A DNA stretch of 64,000 bases from Alphaproteobacteria bacterium (GTDB lineage Bacteria > Pseudomonadota > Alphaproteobacteria > Rickettsiales > JABIRX01). The stretch lies in NCBI GenBank assembly GCA_018667735.1, contig JABIRX010000042.1, forward strand, positions 1,803 through 65,802. Direction: 5' to 3'. This document shows, in pieces, positions 11,151 to 21,983 of the stretch. The position numbers were made by a program, and so were the translations under genes. The notes beneath the pieces were generated by a model. It was not told the DNA's origin. It saw only the letters and a program-made list of their open reading frames with translations, and did no database searches. Every line of letters starts with the position of its first letter. Positions within the stretch are counted from its first letter, which is position 1.

Positions 11151-11925
11151 TATCTGGAAATTGCTCAGCTTTTACTTCACTTGCATAATCTGCAAAGGCG
11201 TCTCTGACTTCCTCACGTAAATTCTTATATTTTTTTACAAATTTAGGTACAGACTCACTTAAGCCAAGCAAATCATTTGCAACCAAAACTTGACCATCGC
11301 AATCTTTGGAAGCACCAATACCGATTAATGGTATTTTTACTTTTTGTTTAACTTTTTTAACCACATCTGCTTTAACCCCTTCTATTACTAAAGCAAAAGC
11401 TCCAGCTTCTGCAATTGCAACAGCATCTTGCACTATCTTAGCTGCAGAAATTTTATCTTTACCCTGTATTTTGTAACCACCAAGCTGATTAACATATTGT
11501 GGCATTAAACCAATATGTCCCATAACCGCAATACCGCGTTTGCTTAAAAATGAAATAGTGTCTTTTAATTCCACTCCGCCTTCTAATTTCACTGCACCTG
11601 CTCCTGTTTTTTGTATGATTTCTGCAGCATGCTTAAATGCCAGCTCTTCATTAATTTGATAAGTAGCAAAAGGCATATCAACCACAATTAATGATTTCCT
11701 ACTAGCTTTAACTACTGCCACACCATGTTGTATCATTAAATTTAAATCAACTGGCAAGGTTGATTCCATGCCATATAAAACCATACCAAGTGAATCACCA
11801 ACTAGAATGATATCTGCATGATCATCCGCAAGCTCTGCCATTAACTTACTGTAAGCAGAAATTACAACCAGCTTTTCTTTTGACACAAATTTCTTTTCTA
11901 TGTGTTTTATAGTGTTTCTAGTCAT
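11131..11925 (-). CDS. panB: 3-methyl-2-oxobutanoate hydroxymethyltransferase
   Basis: 264 aa. VGDSLGMVLYGMESTLPV...MIQHGVAVV and KLEGG motifs of PanB. Confidence 0.93.
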   Translation of the reverse strand: MTRNTIKHIEKKFVSKEKLVVISAYSKLMAELADDHADIILVGDSLGMVLYGMESTLPVDLNLMIQHGVAVVKASRKSLIVVDMPFATYQINEELAFKHAAEIIQKTGAGAVKLEGGVELKDTISFLSKRGIAVMGHIGLMPQYVNQLGGYKIQGKDKISAAKIVQDAVAIAEAGAFALVIEGVKADVVKKVKQKVKIPLIGIGASKDCDGQVLVANDLLGLSESVPKFVKKYKNLREEVRDAFADYASEVKAEQFPDSEHIYK

Positions 11926-11928
11926 AAA

Positions 11929-12837
11929 TTAATTATTTAAAAACAAAAAATTCATAATTGCTTTTTGTACATGCAATCTATTTTCAGCTTCTGTAAATAT
12001 TACAGATTGTGCCCCATCTATTACCTCAGTTGTGACTTCTTCGTCTCTATGTGCTGGCAAGCAATGCATGAATAAAGCATCTGGCTTTGCTTTAGCCATC
12101 ACCTCTTTTGTTACTTGCAACTTGCTAAAAGCTTGCTTTCTTTCTAGCTCATCTTCATCACCCATTGAAACCCAAGTGTCGGTTGTAATTAAATCTGCAT
12201 TTTGCGCTGCTTCACTAGCATGGTGAAATATTTCTACTAAATTAGCCTCTTTTGCTTCTGCTAATAAATTAGCATCTGGGTAATAACCTTTAGCTAAGGC
12301 TAAATTTAATTTAAAGCCAAATTTCAAAGCAGCATTTAACCATGAATTACACATGTTATTGCCATCTCCAAACCAAGCAATCAATTTGTTTTCAATATTT
12401 CCTCTATGCTCAATATAAGTAAAAATATCAGTTAAAACCTGACAAGGATGATTAAAATCTGTTAAACCATTAATTATTGGAATAGTAGCATTTTCTGCGA
12501 GCTCTAAAACATCTTTATGCTTATTTGCCCTGATCATAATCATATCAACATAACGCGATAAAATTTTAGCTGTGTCCGCTATGGATTCACCCCTGCCTAA
12601 TTGCATATCTTGCGCACTTAAAACTACAGCCTTACCACCTAATTGATTAATACCAACTTCAAAGGAAACTCTAGTTCTGGTAGAGCTTTTCTCGAATATC
12701 ATTGCTAGATGCTTATCTTTAGCAACATCTGTATGAGGGTTTTGTTTTAATTTAGTTGCCAAAGCAACTATTGCTTCCAATTCGGCTTTACTAAAGTCAG
12801 CCAATGAAATAAAATTTTTTTTAATCATTTTGTTCAA
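11929..12837 (-). CDS. argF: Ornithine carbamoyltransferase
   Basis: 302 aa. Carbamoyl-phosphate site FEKSSTRTRVSFE, HPCQVLTD, the ornithine-site motif GDGNNMCNSW and HCLPA. Adjacent to argD. Confidence 0.94.
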   Translation of the reverse strand: MNKMIKKNFISLADFSKAELEAIVALATKLKQNPHTDVAKDKHLAMIFEKSSTRTRVSFEVGINQLGGKAVVLSAQDMQLGRGESIADTAKILSRYVDMIMIRANKHKDVLELAENATIPIINGLTDFNHPCQVLTDIFTYIEHRGNIENKLIAWFGDGNNMCNSWLNAALKFGFKLNLALAKGYYPDANLLAEAKEANLVEIFHHASEAAQNADLITTDTWVSMGDEDELERKQAFSKLQVTKEVMAKAKPDALFMHCLPAHRDEEVTTEVIDGAQSVIFTEAENRLHVQKAIMNFLFLNN

Positions 12838-14005
12838 ATTCTTTTAATGATTTCTCCATATAAGAAAGAGCTAATTTAATCTCTTTTTTTGTGATTATCA
12901 GAGGTGGTATTACCCTGATAACATCGTTACTTGCTGGTATTGTTAACAAATTATTGGCGCGAAACAAATCAACCAACTTCATATAAGAATGAGAAATTCT
13001 AATCCCTAATATTAACCCCTCACCTCTTACCTCAGTAATAATTTGTGGATATTGCTGCTGCAAGCTGCATAGACCCTCCTTAAAAAGCGCACCATTTTCT
13101 TGTACTGAAGCTAAAAATTTTGGTTCTGCTATTTGCGCAAAAACAGCATTCCCAACTGCCATTGCTAAAGGGCTTCCACCATAAGTTCCACCATGCGAAC
13201 CCATGGTCATGGCACTAGCTATGTCCTTTCTAACCAAACAAGCACCTAAGGGGAACCCTCCGCCAATACCTTTAGCAGCGGTAATAATATCTGGTTTAAT
13301 ATTGGCCCATTGATGATGGAAAATTTTGCCTGTTCTACCCATACCGCATTGAACTTCATCAACACCAAAGATTATTTTCTTTTCTTTGCATAATTTAGCT
13401 AAATCTTTAAGAAATTTATTGCTAAAAACATGCACCCCACCTTCACCTTGAATAGGCTCTATGATTAAGGCAGCAGTCTTACTATTTATTTCTTTTGCAA
13501 CTTTTTCTATGGTAAGATTTTTTAGAGATAAATAACGAAAGCCTGGCAATAATGGCGCATAACCATCTTGATATTTTTTACTACCGGCAGCCGAAATAGC
13601 CGTCATTGTGCGGCCATGAAAAGCATGCTCAAAAGTGATTACTTCTTTCTTCTGATATTGTTTTTTGCTGTGATAATGTTTACGGATAATTTTAACCGCA
13701 GTTTCAATGGCCTCGGCACCAGAATTACAAAAGAAAACCTGGTCACAAGCAGAGTTTTCAACCAACTTACTTGCCAGCTCAACTTGACCTTCTATTTCAT
13801 ATAAATTAGATACATGCCATGGCTTATCTGCTGCTTTTTTTAAAGCTTTAACTAATTTTTTATTAGCATAGCCTAAAGAATTAACCGCAATCCCTGCGCC
13901 TAAATCAATATATTTTTTTTTATCTTTGCTATATAAATAAACGCCTTTTCCTGCCGTAAATTCTATGTTACATCGTTTATATACTTGTAGAAGTGGGCTT
14001 AACAT
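12821..14005 (-). CDS. argD: Acetylornithine (class III) aminotransferase
   Basis: 394 aa. FFCNSGAEAIETAVK and DEVQCGMGRTGK place it in the class III PLP aminotransferases. Operonic with argF. Confidence 0.88.
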   Translation of the reverse strand: MLSPLLQVYKRCNIEFTAGKGVYLYSKDKKKYIDLGAGIAVNSLGYANKKLVKALKKAADKPWHVSNLYEIEGQVELASKLVENSACDQVFFCNSGAEAIETAVKIIRKHYHSKKQYQKKEVITFEHAFHGRTMTAISAAGSKKYQDGYAPLLPGFRYLSLKNLTIEKVAKEINSKTAALIIEPIQGEGGVHVFSNKFLKDLAKLCKEKKIIFGVDEVQCGMGRTGKIFHHQWANIKPDIITAAKGIGGGFPLGACLVRKDIASAMTMGSHGGTYGGSPLAMAVGNAVFAQIAEPKFLASVQENGALFKEGLCSLQQQYPQIITEVRGEGLILGIRISHSYMKLVDLFRANNLLTIPASNDVIRVIPPLIITKKEIKLALSYMEKSLKEFEQND

Positions 14006-14013
14006 CTATCTCT

Positions 14014-14556
14014 TTAAAAAGGTATTTCATCCTCAAAATCATCCGCAGCTGGCGCGTTATCACCACCTGAAGCTGAGCTAAACACTCCCTTATCTGGGAA
14101 TGGGGATGGAGAGTTTTTAGCGTTACTATCTTGCGTTCTATTTGGCGTAAAATTGTTATTTGGAGCGTAATTACTTGCACCCGGCTGTTGCTGGTTGCTG
14201 GAATTGGCATTATCTAACATTGTAAAGCTTCCTGAATAACCCTGAAGCACTACTTCTGTGGTATAACGATCTTGGCCGTTATTGTCTTGCCACTTTCTAG
14301 TTTGCAAACTTCCTTCTATGTAAATCTTTGCACCTTTGCGCAAATATTGCTTTGCTATAGCTACCAAACTTGGCGAGAATATTACCACTCTATGCCATTC
14401 AGTTTTTTCTCTTTTCTCACCAGTATTTTTATCTTTCCAGCTATCTGCCGTTGCTAAAGATAAATTTGCAATTTCTCTGCCATCTTGTGTAGATCTAATT
14501 TCTGGATCTGCACCTAAGTTTCCGACTAATATTACTTTGTTGATTGAGCCTGCCAT
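14014..14556 (-). CDS. ssb: Single-stranded DNA-binding protein
   Basis: 180 aa. OB-fold N-terminus ([17 protein letters not shown]), a Gly/Asn/Pro-rich linker and the acidic tip DDFEDEIPF. Divergent from uvrA, as in many bacteria. Confidence 0.96.
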   Translation of the reverse strand: MAGSINKVILVGNLGADPEIRSTQDGREIANLSLATADSWKDKNTGEKREKTEWHRVVIFSPSLVAIAKQYLRKGAKIYIEGSLQTRKWQDNNGQDRYTTEVVLQGYSGSFTMLDNANSSNQQQPGASNYAPNNNFTPNRTQDSNAKNSPSPFPDKGVFSSASGGDNAPAADDFEDEIPF

Positions 14557-14655
14557 AATTTATATTAAAGTTTAATTGCTAGTTAAGTTAGCTATGTTAA
14601 TAATTTATAGCTAGCTTAGAATATTTAAATTTAATTAACAAGTATAATCCCCGTT

Positions 14656-17544
14656 ATGGACACTAAATTCATTACTGTAAATCAGGCAAGAGAACATAAC
14701 CTGAGAAATGTCTCTGTTAAAATACCAAAGAACAAATTTGTAGTAATAACTGGCCCCTCTGGCTCTGGAAAATCTTCGCTTGCTTTTGACACTGTATATG
14801 CAGAAGGGCAAAGAAGATATGTGGAAAGCTTATCTGCTTATGCTAGGCAATTTTTAAACTTGCAAAACAAGCCAGATGTGGAGTCAATTGAAGGCTTATC
14901 TCCAGCTATTGCAATTGATCAAAAAACCACTTCAAAGAACCCTCGTTCTACCGTAAGTACTGCAACTGAAATTTATGATTATATGCGTTTGCTATTTGCA
15001 CGTATTGGAGTGCCAATTTCACCTGCAACTGGCAAGCCAATTGAAAGTCAATCTGCTTCAGATATGATTGAGAGAATCAGAAAAATACCAAATGACACTA
15101 AAGTATATATATTAGCTCCAATAGTCAGGGGGCAAAAAGGTGAACATCGCAAGGAATTAGCACAAATTAGAAAGCAGGGCTTTCAACGTCTAAAAATTGA
15201 TGGTGAAATTTTTGAGACAGATGACTTACCTACCATTGAAAAAAACAAGAAGCATCACATGGAGGTTGTTGTTGATCGCTTAGTAATTACCGAAGATCTA
15301 GATAACCGCTTGGCTGACTCTGTTGAAACCGCATTGCGTTTAACCGATGGCTTACTTCATGTTGAAATTGTGGGGCTTCCTGAAGATTACACTGGTGATG
15401 ATTTTAAAAATGAGCAAATTATTACTTTTTCAGAAAAATTCTCTTGTCCTATTTCAGGCTTTACCATAGACGAAATAGAGCCAAGATTATTGTCCTTTAA
15501 TAGCCCTTACGGTGCGTGTGAGTCATGTAATGGCTTAGGTACAGAATATTATTTTGACCCAAATTTAGTGGTTGCCAATGAGGATTTATCCATAAGTGAA
15601 GGAGCCATAGCTCCATGGAAGGCTATTAACAGCAAATATTACACTCAAACTTTGCTAAGCCTAAGTAAATTTTATGATTTTGATTTAGACACAGCATTTA
15701 GAAAATTACCTAATAAAACACAACAGATAATTTTATACGGCTCTGGTGATGAAGAGGTTAGATTTGAATATCATGATGGTTATAAGAACCAGATCTTTAC
15801 TAAACCTTTTGAAGGGGTAATTCCTTATTTAGAAAGAAAAGTAAATGAAGCTGATAGTGACTGGGTTTTAGAAGAGTGCGAGAAATATCAAAACATTACA
15901 AAATGTAGAGCTTGTAGTGGTTTCCGCCTTAGACCTGAGTCTCTTTCTATTCAAATTGCTGGCTCTCACATCGGTAATGTTACTGCTTTAACGATTGAGC
16001 AAGCTGTTGATTGGTTCAATAATTTACCTACAAAATTAAATAATCAAGAGAATCAGATCGCTGAGCGCGCACTTAAAGAAATTACACGAAGACTTGGCTT
16101 CCTTAAAAATGTTGGCTTAGAATATTTAACTTTAGATCGACATTCTGGCACATTATCTGGCGGAGAAAGTCAAAGGATTAGATTAGCCTCACAAATTGGT
16201 TCTGGTTTGAGTGGTGTCATGTATATTTTAGATGAGCCCTCTATTGGTTTGCACCAGTCAGATAATAGCAGGTTAATTGCAACTTTAAAAGATTTACGCG
16301 ACTTAGGTAATACTGTCATTGTGGTAGAGCATGATGAAGAAACCATGGAATCTGCAGATCATGTCATAGATGTTGGCCCTGGTGCTGGTGTTTATGGTGG
16401 TGAAATTATTGCAGAAGGAACGCCTGATGACATTAAGCAGAATGAGAATTCTATTACTGGTAAATATTTAACTGGCATTGAATATATTGCCATACCAGAA
16501 GAACGGAGAAAAGCTCGCGAAAACAGAGCTATATCTATCATTAACGCACATAGTAACAACTTAAAAAACATCACCTGTTCAATTCCAATTGGTCTTTTTA
16601 CCGCTGTAACTGGGGTTTCTGGTGGAGGTAAATCTACTTTAATTATACAAACTTTATATAAAGCCTTAGCAAAGAAACTAAATGGCGCTAAAGCAAAGCC
16701 TGGACTGCATGACGAAATAAAGGGCACACAATATATAGACAAAATTATTGAAATTGATCAATCACCTATAGGGCGTACGCCAAGATCAAATCCAGCCACT
16801 TATACAGGTGCATTTACTGCAATCAGAGATTGGTATGTTGGCTTACCTGAATCTAAAGCTCGTGGTTATAAAGCTGGAAGATTTTCTTTTAATGTAAAAG
16901 GAGGTAGATGTGAAAATTGTCAGGGTGATGGCTTAATTAAAATTGAAATGCACTTTTTACCTGATGTATATGTAATTTGTGACACCTGTAAAGGAGCTAG
17001 ATACAATAAAGAGACTATAGAAATTAAATATCGTGGCAAGTCTATTGCTGATATTCTGAACATGACTGTAGAAGAAGCTTTGTTATTTTTCCGCAAAATG
17101 CCTCTTATTAGAGATAAATTTGAAGCTTTATATGAAGTTGGGCTTGGCTATATGAAAATCGGTCAATCTGCAACTACTTTATCTGGTGGTGAAGCGCAAA
17201 GAGTTAAATTAGCTAAAGAGCTATGTAAGAAAGCAACTGGTAGAACCTTATACATACTTGACGAACCAACTACTGGCTTGCACTCTAATGACATTAAGAA
17301 GCTGCTTAAAGTGTTACATAGATTGGTTGAAAGTGGTAATACTGTATTAGTAATTGAGCATAATATGGATGTTATTAAAACAGCTGATTGGATCGTAGAT
17401 ATTGGACCAAAAGGTGGTGACAAAGGTGGAATTATTGTAGCTGAAGGAACGCCTGAAGAAGTTGCCAATGTCAAAGAAAGCATCACTGGTCACTATTTAA
17501 CTAAATATTTAAATAAAGCTAAAAAAATAAAGAAGTCTGCATAA
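14656..17544 (+). CDS. uvrA: Excinuclease ABC subunit A
   Basis: 962 aa. Two ABC modules ([10 protein letters not shown]; [10 protein letters not shown]; LSGGE signatures) and zinc-finger cysteine clusters (CESCNGLG; CENCQGDG...CDTCKG). Confidence 0.97.
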   Translation: MDTKFITVNQAREHNLRNVSVKIPKNKFVVITGPSGSGKSSLAFDTVYAEGQRRYVESLSAYARQFLNLQNKPDVESIEGLSPAIAIDQKTTSKNPRSTVSTATEIYDYMRLLFARIGVPISPATGKPIESQSASDMIERIRKIPNDTKVYILAPIVRGQKGEHRKELAQIRKQGFQRLKIDGEIFETDDLPTIEKNKKHHMEVVVDRLVITEDLDNRLADSVETALRLTDGLLHVEIVGLPEDYTGDDFKNEQIITFSEKFSCPISGFTIDEIEPRLLSFNSPYGACESCNGLGTEYYFDPNLVVANEDLSISEGAIAPWKAINSKYYTQTLLSLSKFYDFDLDTAFRKLPNKTQQIILYGSGDEEVRFEYHDGYKNQIFTKPFEGVIPYLERKVNEADSDWVLEECEKYQNITKCRACSGFRLRPESLSIQIAGSHIGNVTALTIEQAVDWFNNLPTKLNNQENQIAERALKEITRRLGFLKNVGLEYLTLDRHSGTLSGGESQRIRLASQIGSGLSGVMYILDEPSIGLHQSDNSRLIATLKDLRDLGNTVIVVEHDEETMESADHVIDVGPGAGVYGGEIIAEGTPDDIKQNENSITGKYLTGIEYIAIPEERRKARENRAISIINAHSNNLKNITCSIPIGLFTAVTGVSGGGKSTLIIQTLYKALAKKLNGAKAKPGLHDEIKGTQYIDKIIEIDQSPIGRTPRSNPATYTGAFTAIRDWYVGLPESKARGYKAGRFSFNVKGGRCENCQGDGLIKIEMHFLPDVYVICDTCKGARYNKETIEIKYRGKSIADILNMTVEEALLFFRKMPLIRDKFEALYEVGLGYMKIGQSATTLSGGEAQRVKLAKELCKKATGRTLYILDEPTTGLHSNDIKKLLKVLHRLVESGNTVLVIEHNMDVIKTADWIVDIGPKGGDKGGIIVAEGTPEEVANVKESITGHYLTKYLNKAKKIKKSA

Positions 17545-17608
17545 TTTCTTAACCGAACTTAGAGCTTTTGGTTGTAAATTAAGCAGATATTTGCTAAAAA
17601 ACATTTAT

Positions 17609-17685
<77 letters not shown>

Positions 17686-17880
17686 TTTTACCATATAATC
17701 ATATAGAGCATAATTAATAATATTGGTTTTTACCTTTCTTGGCAAGTTGCCCTTGCAGCCTCTCTGTTAACTTTGCTTAACTCTTTTTTGCTACTTAATT
17801 CTTTTGTAGCTGAAGCCAAGGTTTCAAAGCCAGCAAAACCAGACATAGCTATAAATTAGCTTATCCTTGAACTATTGTTA

Positions 17881-18330
17881 ATCTATGCGTATCTGCTGCT
17901 TCTATATGCCTGTTTTGCCCTGCTATCAATAAAGAAGTTTGACCAGAACTTGTCTACTAGAGATATATCCACACCAGCTGCTATTAATTCTTTTTCTAGC
18001 TTTATGTGGCCTTCCCTAAGCTGCCAAAAACAAAGCACTGTAACCTAGCTGATTTGCGCTATGTTTCTTGGGCCTGTATAACCATTACGCTTAAAATCAA
18101 CTTGAACTGAAGTTGAAGAATTAGCTCTTTCTGTAATTACTGCTGCCTTGAGGCGAGCAATCATTACTAAATAAACTTTTAACCTTCTTCTCTTAGAACT
18201 ACCAATTGGTGTTAATATCACCACATATTAACAATATGTTGCAATACTTTAGGATATTATGGGAATCACGACAAATGCCTATCTTTATGCGCACATAAAA
18301 AGTATCGCCCTTGTATAATTAGAGTTTTTG
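17881..18330 (-). pseudogene. Degraded ankyrin-repeat protein gene (frameshifts and in-frame stops)
   Basis: No ORF of 60 codons or more lies between 17.7 and 18.5 kb. Minus-strand translation nevertheless gives consecutive ankyrin-like pieces in three different frames: VDFKRNGYTGPRNIAQIS*, NQLGYSALFLAA*, LREGHIKLEKELIAAGVDISLVDK, SSGQTSLLIAGQNRHIEAADTH. These follow the pattern G.TaL..AA..GH....L...G.D.....G.T.L. Confidence 0.55.
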
Positions 18331-18497
18331 GCAATTGGGCCATATTTACCTGGGCCTTAATTTACACTATTACAACATAATTTCAAAATAGAGCTAAAGT
18401 AATAGCAGAATATCTGCGCTTTAAAGCTTATATACATATTCTGATAAGCAACTTAAGAATGAAGCAGGCTTTTCTCGCGATTAATTATTCTAACTAG

Positions 18498-19316
18498 CTA
18501 TATTATGCAATTTTCTATGTAATCAATTTCTTCACTACTTAATTTAATACTTAATGACTTTAAGTCATCTTGCATGTGAATTTGCTTCGAAGTACCAGTA
18601 AGGGGAATAATGCCTATTTGCAGAGCAAAAGCAAAAATAATTTGCGCCATATTTAATTGATGTTTTTTAGCTATCTGCTGAATTTCTGTTAAATGAAACA
18701 ACTCAATATTAGCTGTTAACAATGAAAAACCCTGATAAGCAATATCATGCTTATTACATAATAATCTAATTTCCTTATCCCATGCAACTTTAGCAAAACA
18801 TCTATTTTGCAAAAAATGTGGTTTAATTTTAACTTGCGCAATAAGCATTTGTAGTTGCTTTGCGTTAAAATTACTAACTCCAATAGCTTTAACTTTTCCT
18901 TCTTTGTATAACTCCTCAATTGCTTGCCAAATTTGAAAATCTTCCTCACCTAATAAAGGATAATTTATAGGTCCGTGCAATAAGTATGAATCTAAATATT
19001 TTGTTTCAAGGTTAATTAAAGAGCTCGCAAAAGATTGCTTTACCTGCTCAGCTAAATTAGCATCTTTAGCATATGGTAAACGGTGATCTTGACCATCAAT
19101 TGAGGTAAATTTGCTTTGCAACCATAAATCAGATCTTTGAATTAAACCCTCTGCTATATTTTGCTTGATTGCCTGCCCAACTAATGCTTCGCTATAATGC
19201 TTAGCCTGATTTGCTGTATCTACTGCTCTAAAGCCTGACTTTAATGCAAGATCGACTAAGCTTGTGGTTTTTTCTGCTTTCCATGCAGTGCCGTAAATAA
19301 AGTTTGGTTTTAGCAT
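18498..19316 (-). CDS. Aldo/keto reductase family oxidoreductase (DkgA-like)
   Basis: 272 aa. YGTAWK N-terminus, DTANQAKHYSEALVGQAI, LLHGP, GVSNFNAKQL and LQNRC are typical of the AKR (beta/alpha)8 family. Substrate unknown. Confidence 0.85.
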   Translation of the reverse strand: MLKPNFIYGTAWKAEKTTSLVDLALKSGFRAVDTANQAKHYSEALVGQAIKQNIAEGLIQRSDLWLQSKFTSIDGQDHRLPYAKDANLAEQVKQSFASSLINLETKYLDSYLLHGPINYPLLGEEDFQIWQAIEELYKEGKVKAIGVSNFNAKQLQMLIAQVKIKPHFLQNRCFAKVAWDKEIRLLCNKHDIAYQGFSLLTANIELFHLTEIQQIAKKHQLNMAQIIFAFALQIGIIPLTGTSKQIHMQDDLKSLSIKLSSEEIDYIENCII

Positions 19317-19448
19317 GATTTCTTCTCTTTAATTAAACAGAATTATCTTAATTTCTCATCTGCAAAACTCAACCTAATTATATAAAAGATTTTTGTTGAA
19401 TGACTAAGCTGCAACATATAAGTTAAAATCATAAAGCTTAAAAATTAT

Positions 19449-20354
19449 ATGACTGAAACTAACAACAAAATACAAGACTCCTTAAACATTCTAAACTCAT
19501 CCAATGATTACAAGGTGCTAAGCCGAGTTCCTGAAACAATTAAACAAAAAGAACCTAATGGCAAAAAATTTAAAGCAGCTTTTATTGACCTAGAAACAAC
19601 AGGTGTTGATCGAAATGAAGCGGAAATTATTGAAATAGGGGTATTAGTTGCAAGCTTTACCAATGAAGATGGTTTTGTTGCCATAGAATTTACTGACAAC
19701 CAACTCCAGGAACCAAAAATACCTATTAGCGCAGAAATAACTAGGATAACCGGAATAACAAATGACGATGTTAAGGGCAAGGCTATTGACTGGCAGGGCT
19801 TACACCATAATTTAACCGATATAGATTTAGTAATATGCCATAATGCTAGTTTTGATCGACAATTCTTAGAGTTAAAAACCCCTATATTTTTTAAAGAATT
19901 TATTGAATCACTTCCCTTTGGCTGTTCTTTTGCAGGGGTTAATTGGAATGAATTTGGCTTTGAAGGTGGCAAGCTTGAATATCTTAATTTAAAAATGGGA
20001 TATTTTTATGAAGGTCACCGAGCATTAGTCGATTGTTACGCTACTTTAAATCTTTTTATCGAAAAAGTGGATGCTTTTGAAAGGTTAAAAGATCATGTGC
20101 GCTCCAATGAAATTCTAATATGTGCAGTAAATGCACCATATAACAAAAAAGATATATTAAAAAAACGTAAATATCGCTGGAGTAGCGGCGATGGTAACTT
20201 ACCCAAATGTTGGTGGGTTTCCATATCAAGCGAAGATTATGAAGCAGAGAAAATGTTTTTAGAGCAAGATATATATATGAATAATAGTCTTGATCTGCCA
20301 ACCAAAAAAATTACCGCAAAAGAAAGATATTCTCTTCGCGCTGAAGCTATTTAA
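19449..20354 (+). CDS. DEDDh-type 3'-5' exonuclease (DnaQ/epsilon-like domain) with about 90-aa C-terminal extension
   Basis: 301 aa. ExoI FIDLETTG, ExoII VICHNASFDRQFL and ExoIII HRALVDCYA motifs. The C-terminal part (KRKYRWSSGDGNLPKCWWVSISSEDYEAEKMFL) is not part of the exonuclease fold. Confidence 0.8.
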   Translation: MTETNNKIQDSLNILNSSNDYKVLSRVPETIKQKEPNGKKFKAAFIDLETTGVDRNEAEIIEIGVLVASFTNEDGFVAIEFTDNQLQEPKIPISAEITRITGITNDDVKGKAIDWQGLHHNLTDIDLVICHNASFDRQFLELKTPIFFKEFIESLPFGCSFAGVNWNEFGFEGGKLEYLNLKMGYFYEGHRALVDCYATLNLFIEKVDAFERLKDHVRSNEILICAVNAPYNKKDILKKRKYRWSSGDGNLPKCWWVSISSEDYEAEKMFLEQDIYMNNSLDLPTKKITAKERYSLRAEAI

Positions 20355-21039
20355 GCTTACATAAAGTAATAATCCTTTTGAATTAGTAGCTATATTTAAA
20401 TAGTTATTTGAGCTAAATAAAGAGGCAATATAATTGGCATCGAAGGTATAAATTAGACTAGAACAAATAATAATATCTTTATTTATTTCAGTAATATCTG
20501 CCATATCAAAAGATTAAAGTAATTAAGGAAAAGTAGTGCAGATGTAAAATCAGGCCTAAAAAACATATACTATCTCACACAACTATAAGCCGTGTGATAT
20601 TATTAGAGCTTTAAAAAAACACCCCTCCTCTTTTCTTATTACTTAATTAGTTGATTTTATAATTTCCTTGCAAAGAATCCTTTAACTGGCAGCCAAAACT
20701 CAACAACTAAATAGAATCTATATATTTTTAATAATTACTAATTCAACCTCAAATATTACTTATGTTTTATAAATGTTATATCCATTTTTCAGTAGTAATC
20801 ATAAAAATATCAAAAGAAATCCTAACTCTTTAGCTAGCTCCTAATGCTGAGACTTTAAATGCATCATTCTTTTGGTGAATAAGACCACGCTTATATTCTA
20901 GTGGTGCTAACTCTGGCAAAAATCTTTTTTATAATTACTCATTTTTTAAGCTCATGTAGGATATTAACAGATTGAACAAAAAAAACTTGCTCGCATAAGA
21001 AAACATATGTTATTATTACATTTTATGTGGACAAATTCA

Positions 21040-21378
21040 ATGAACAATTATTACAAAGGGTTGCTGGCTGAGAAAATATCAATTTTATATTTACTTTTTA
21101 AAGGCCACAAAATAATCAAAACTAGATATAAAACAAGATTAGGTGAAATAGATATTATCAGTAAAAGAAATAAAGAAATTCACTTTATTGAGGTTAAAAG
21201 TCGAAAAAATCAAAATGCTTTTCTTGATGTAATAAATAAAAAACAACAAAATCGTATAAAAAATGCCGCTTTATTATTCTTACAAAAAAACAAGCGTTTT
21301 TCATGTCACAATGTTACATTTGATGTTGTTTTTATAAAATACCCTTTATATTTCAAATATATATATAATAGCTTTTAG
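21040..21378 (+). CDS. yraN: YraN-family (UPF0102) putative endonuclease
   Basis: YYKGLLAEKISILYLLFKGHKIIKTRYKTRLGEIDIISKRNKEIHFIEVKSRKN matches the YraN core. The track ORF starts at 21007; the ATG at 21040 gives the usual N-terminus. Confidence 0.85.
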   Translation: MNNYYKGLLAEKISILYLLFKGHKIIKTRYKTRLGEIDIISKRNKEIHFIEVKSRKNQNAFLDVINKKQQNRIKNAALLFLQKNKRFSCHNVTFDVVFIKYPLYFKYIYNSF

Positions 21379-21419
21379 CCTCTAAATTAATTAAACAAGA
21401 ACTATTTATAAGAAACCTT

Positions 21420-21440
21420 GCAAATAGTTTGCTTTTTTTT
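21420..21440 (+). terminator. Weak intrinsic-terminator-like hairpin after yraN
   Basis: gcaaa-tag-tttgc followed by T8. The stem is only 5 bp. Confidence 0.3.
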
Positions 21441-21468
21441 ATTTTAATATAAAAAGAAAATTAAGTTT

Positions 21469-21981
21469 ATGATAGAAGATTACATAAGATACGACCAATT
21501 AATTGACAACGCAATGCGCCAAGTAGTTAAAGAAGCTTTAATTAAAATCACTAAAGAAGGTTTTGCAGGAGAGCATCACTTTTTAATTTCTTTTTTCACA
21601 AATTACGAAGGAGTTGAAATACCAGAGCATTTAAAAAAGAAATATCCTGAAGAAATGACTATTGTGTTACAACATCAATATGAAGATTTAGAAGTAAAAG
21701 AAGATTTGTTTAGAGTGGTTCTTAGTTTTGAAAATAACAGAGAGCAAATTATTATCCCATTTGCAGCACTAACCTCATTTGCAGATCCAGGGGTTAGATT
21801 TGGACTCAAATTTAATATTTTAGCAGATGAAGCTTTATTAGAAGAGCTAGTGGAAGATACCGAGTTGAAGAAACCAAAGAAAGCAACTAAAAACAAAAAA
21901 AACAGTAAGAAAACTGAGAAAAACATCGCCTCTAGCAAAAATGTTGTAGATTTGTCAAAACTAAGAGATAAGAAAAAGTAA
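21469..21981 (+). CDS. sspB: ClpXP adaptor SspB (alphaproteobacterial type)
   Basis: 170 aa. GEHHFLISFFTNYEGVEIPEHLKKKYPEEMTIVLQHQYEDLEV...IIPFAALTSFADPGVRFGLKF closely follows the SspB-alpha family pattern. Lys-rich tail. Confidence 0.85.
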   Translation: MIEDYIRYDQLIDNAMRQVVKEALIKITKEGFAGEHHFLISFFTNYEGVEIPEHLKKKYPEEMTIVLQHQYEDLEVKEDLFRVVLSFENNREQIIIPFAALTSFADPGVRFGLKFNILADEALLEELVEDTELKKPKKATKNKKNSKKTEKNIASSKNVVDLSKLRDKKK

Positions 21982-21983
21982 AC

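Noticed and set aside
14557-14655. Looked for an SOS (LexA) operator in the ssb/uvrA divergent promoter region (alphaproteobacterial GTTC-N7-GTTC or E. coli CTGT-N8-ACAG).
   Set aside because: No match is present. The only feature is a short AGCTAGCT palindrome. This is consistent with lineages that lack LexA, but nothing can be concluded from absence.
19508-19972. 154-aa minus-strand ORF opposite the exonuclease gene. Similar antisense ORFs occur at 9278-9685 (nhaA), 27289-27675 (exoD), 32261-32650 (era), 16392-16742 and 17163-17486 (uvrA), 23676-24020 and 24261-24542 (plsX).
   Set aside because: Each is fully contained in, and antisense to, a gene with diagnostic motifs. No independent evidence of coding was found.
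17686-21039. Searched for a direct repeat of the tRNA-Arg 3' end (att-like site) and for an integrase to define a genomic island.
   Set aside because: No convincing repeat (only a 5-6-nt chance match) and no integrase or transposase fragment could be recognised. The island idea is therefore kept only as a low-confidence inference.
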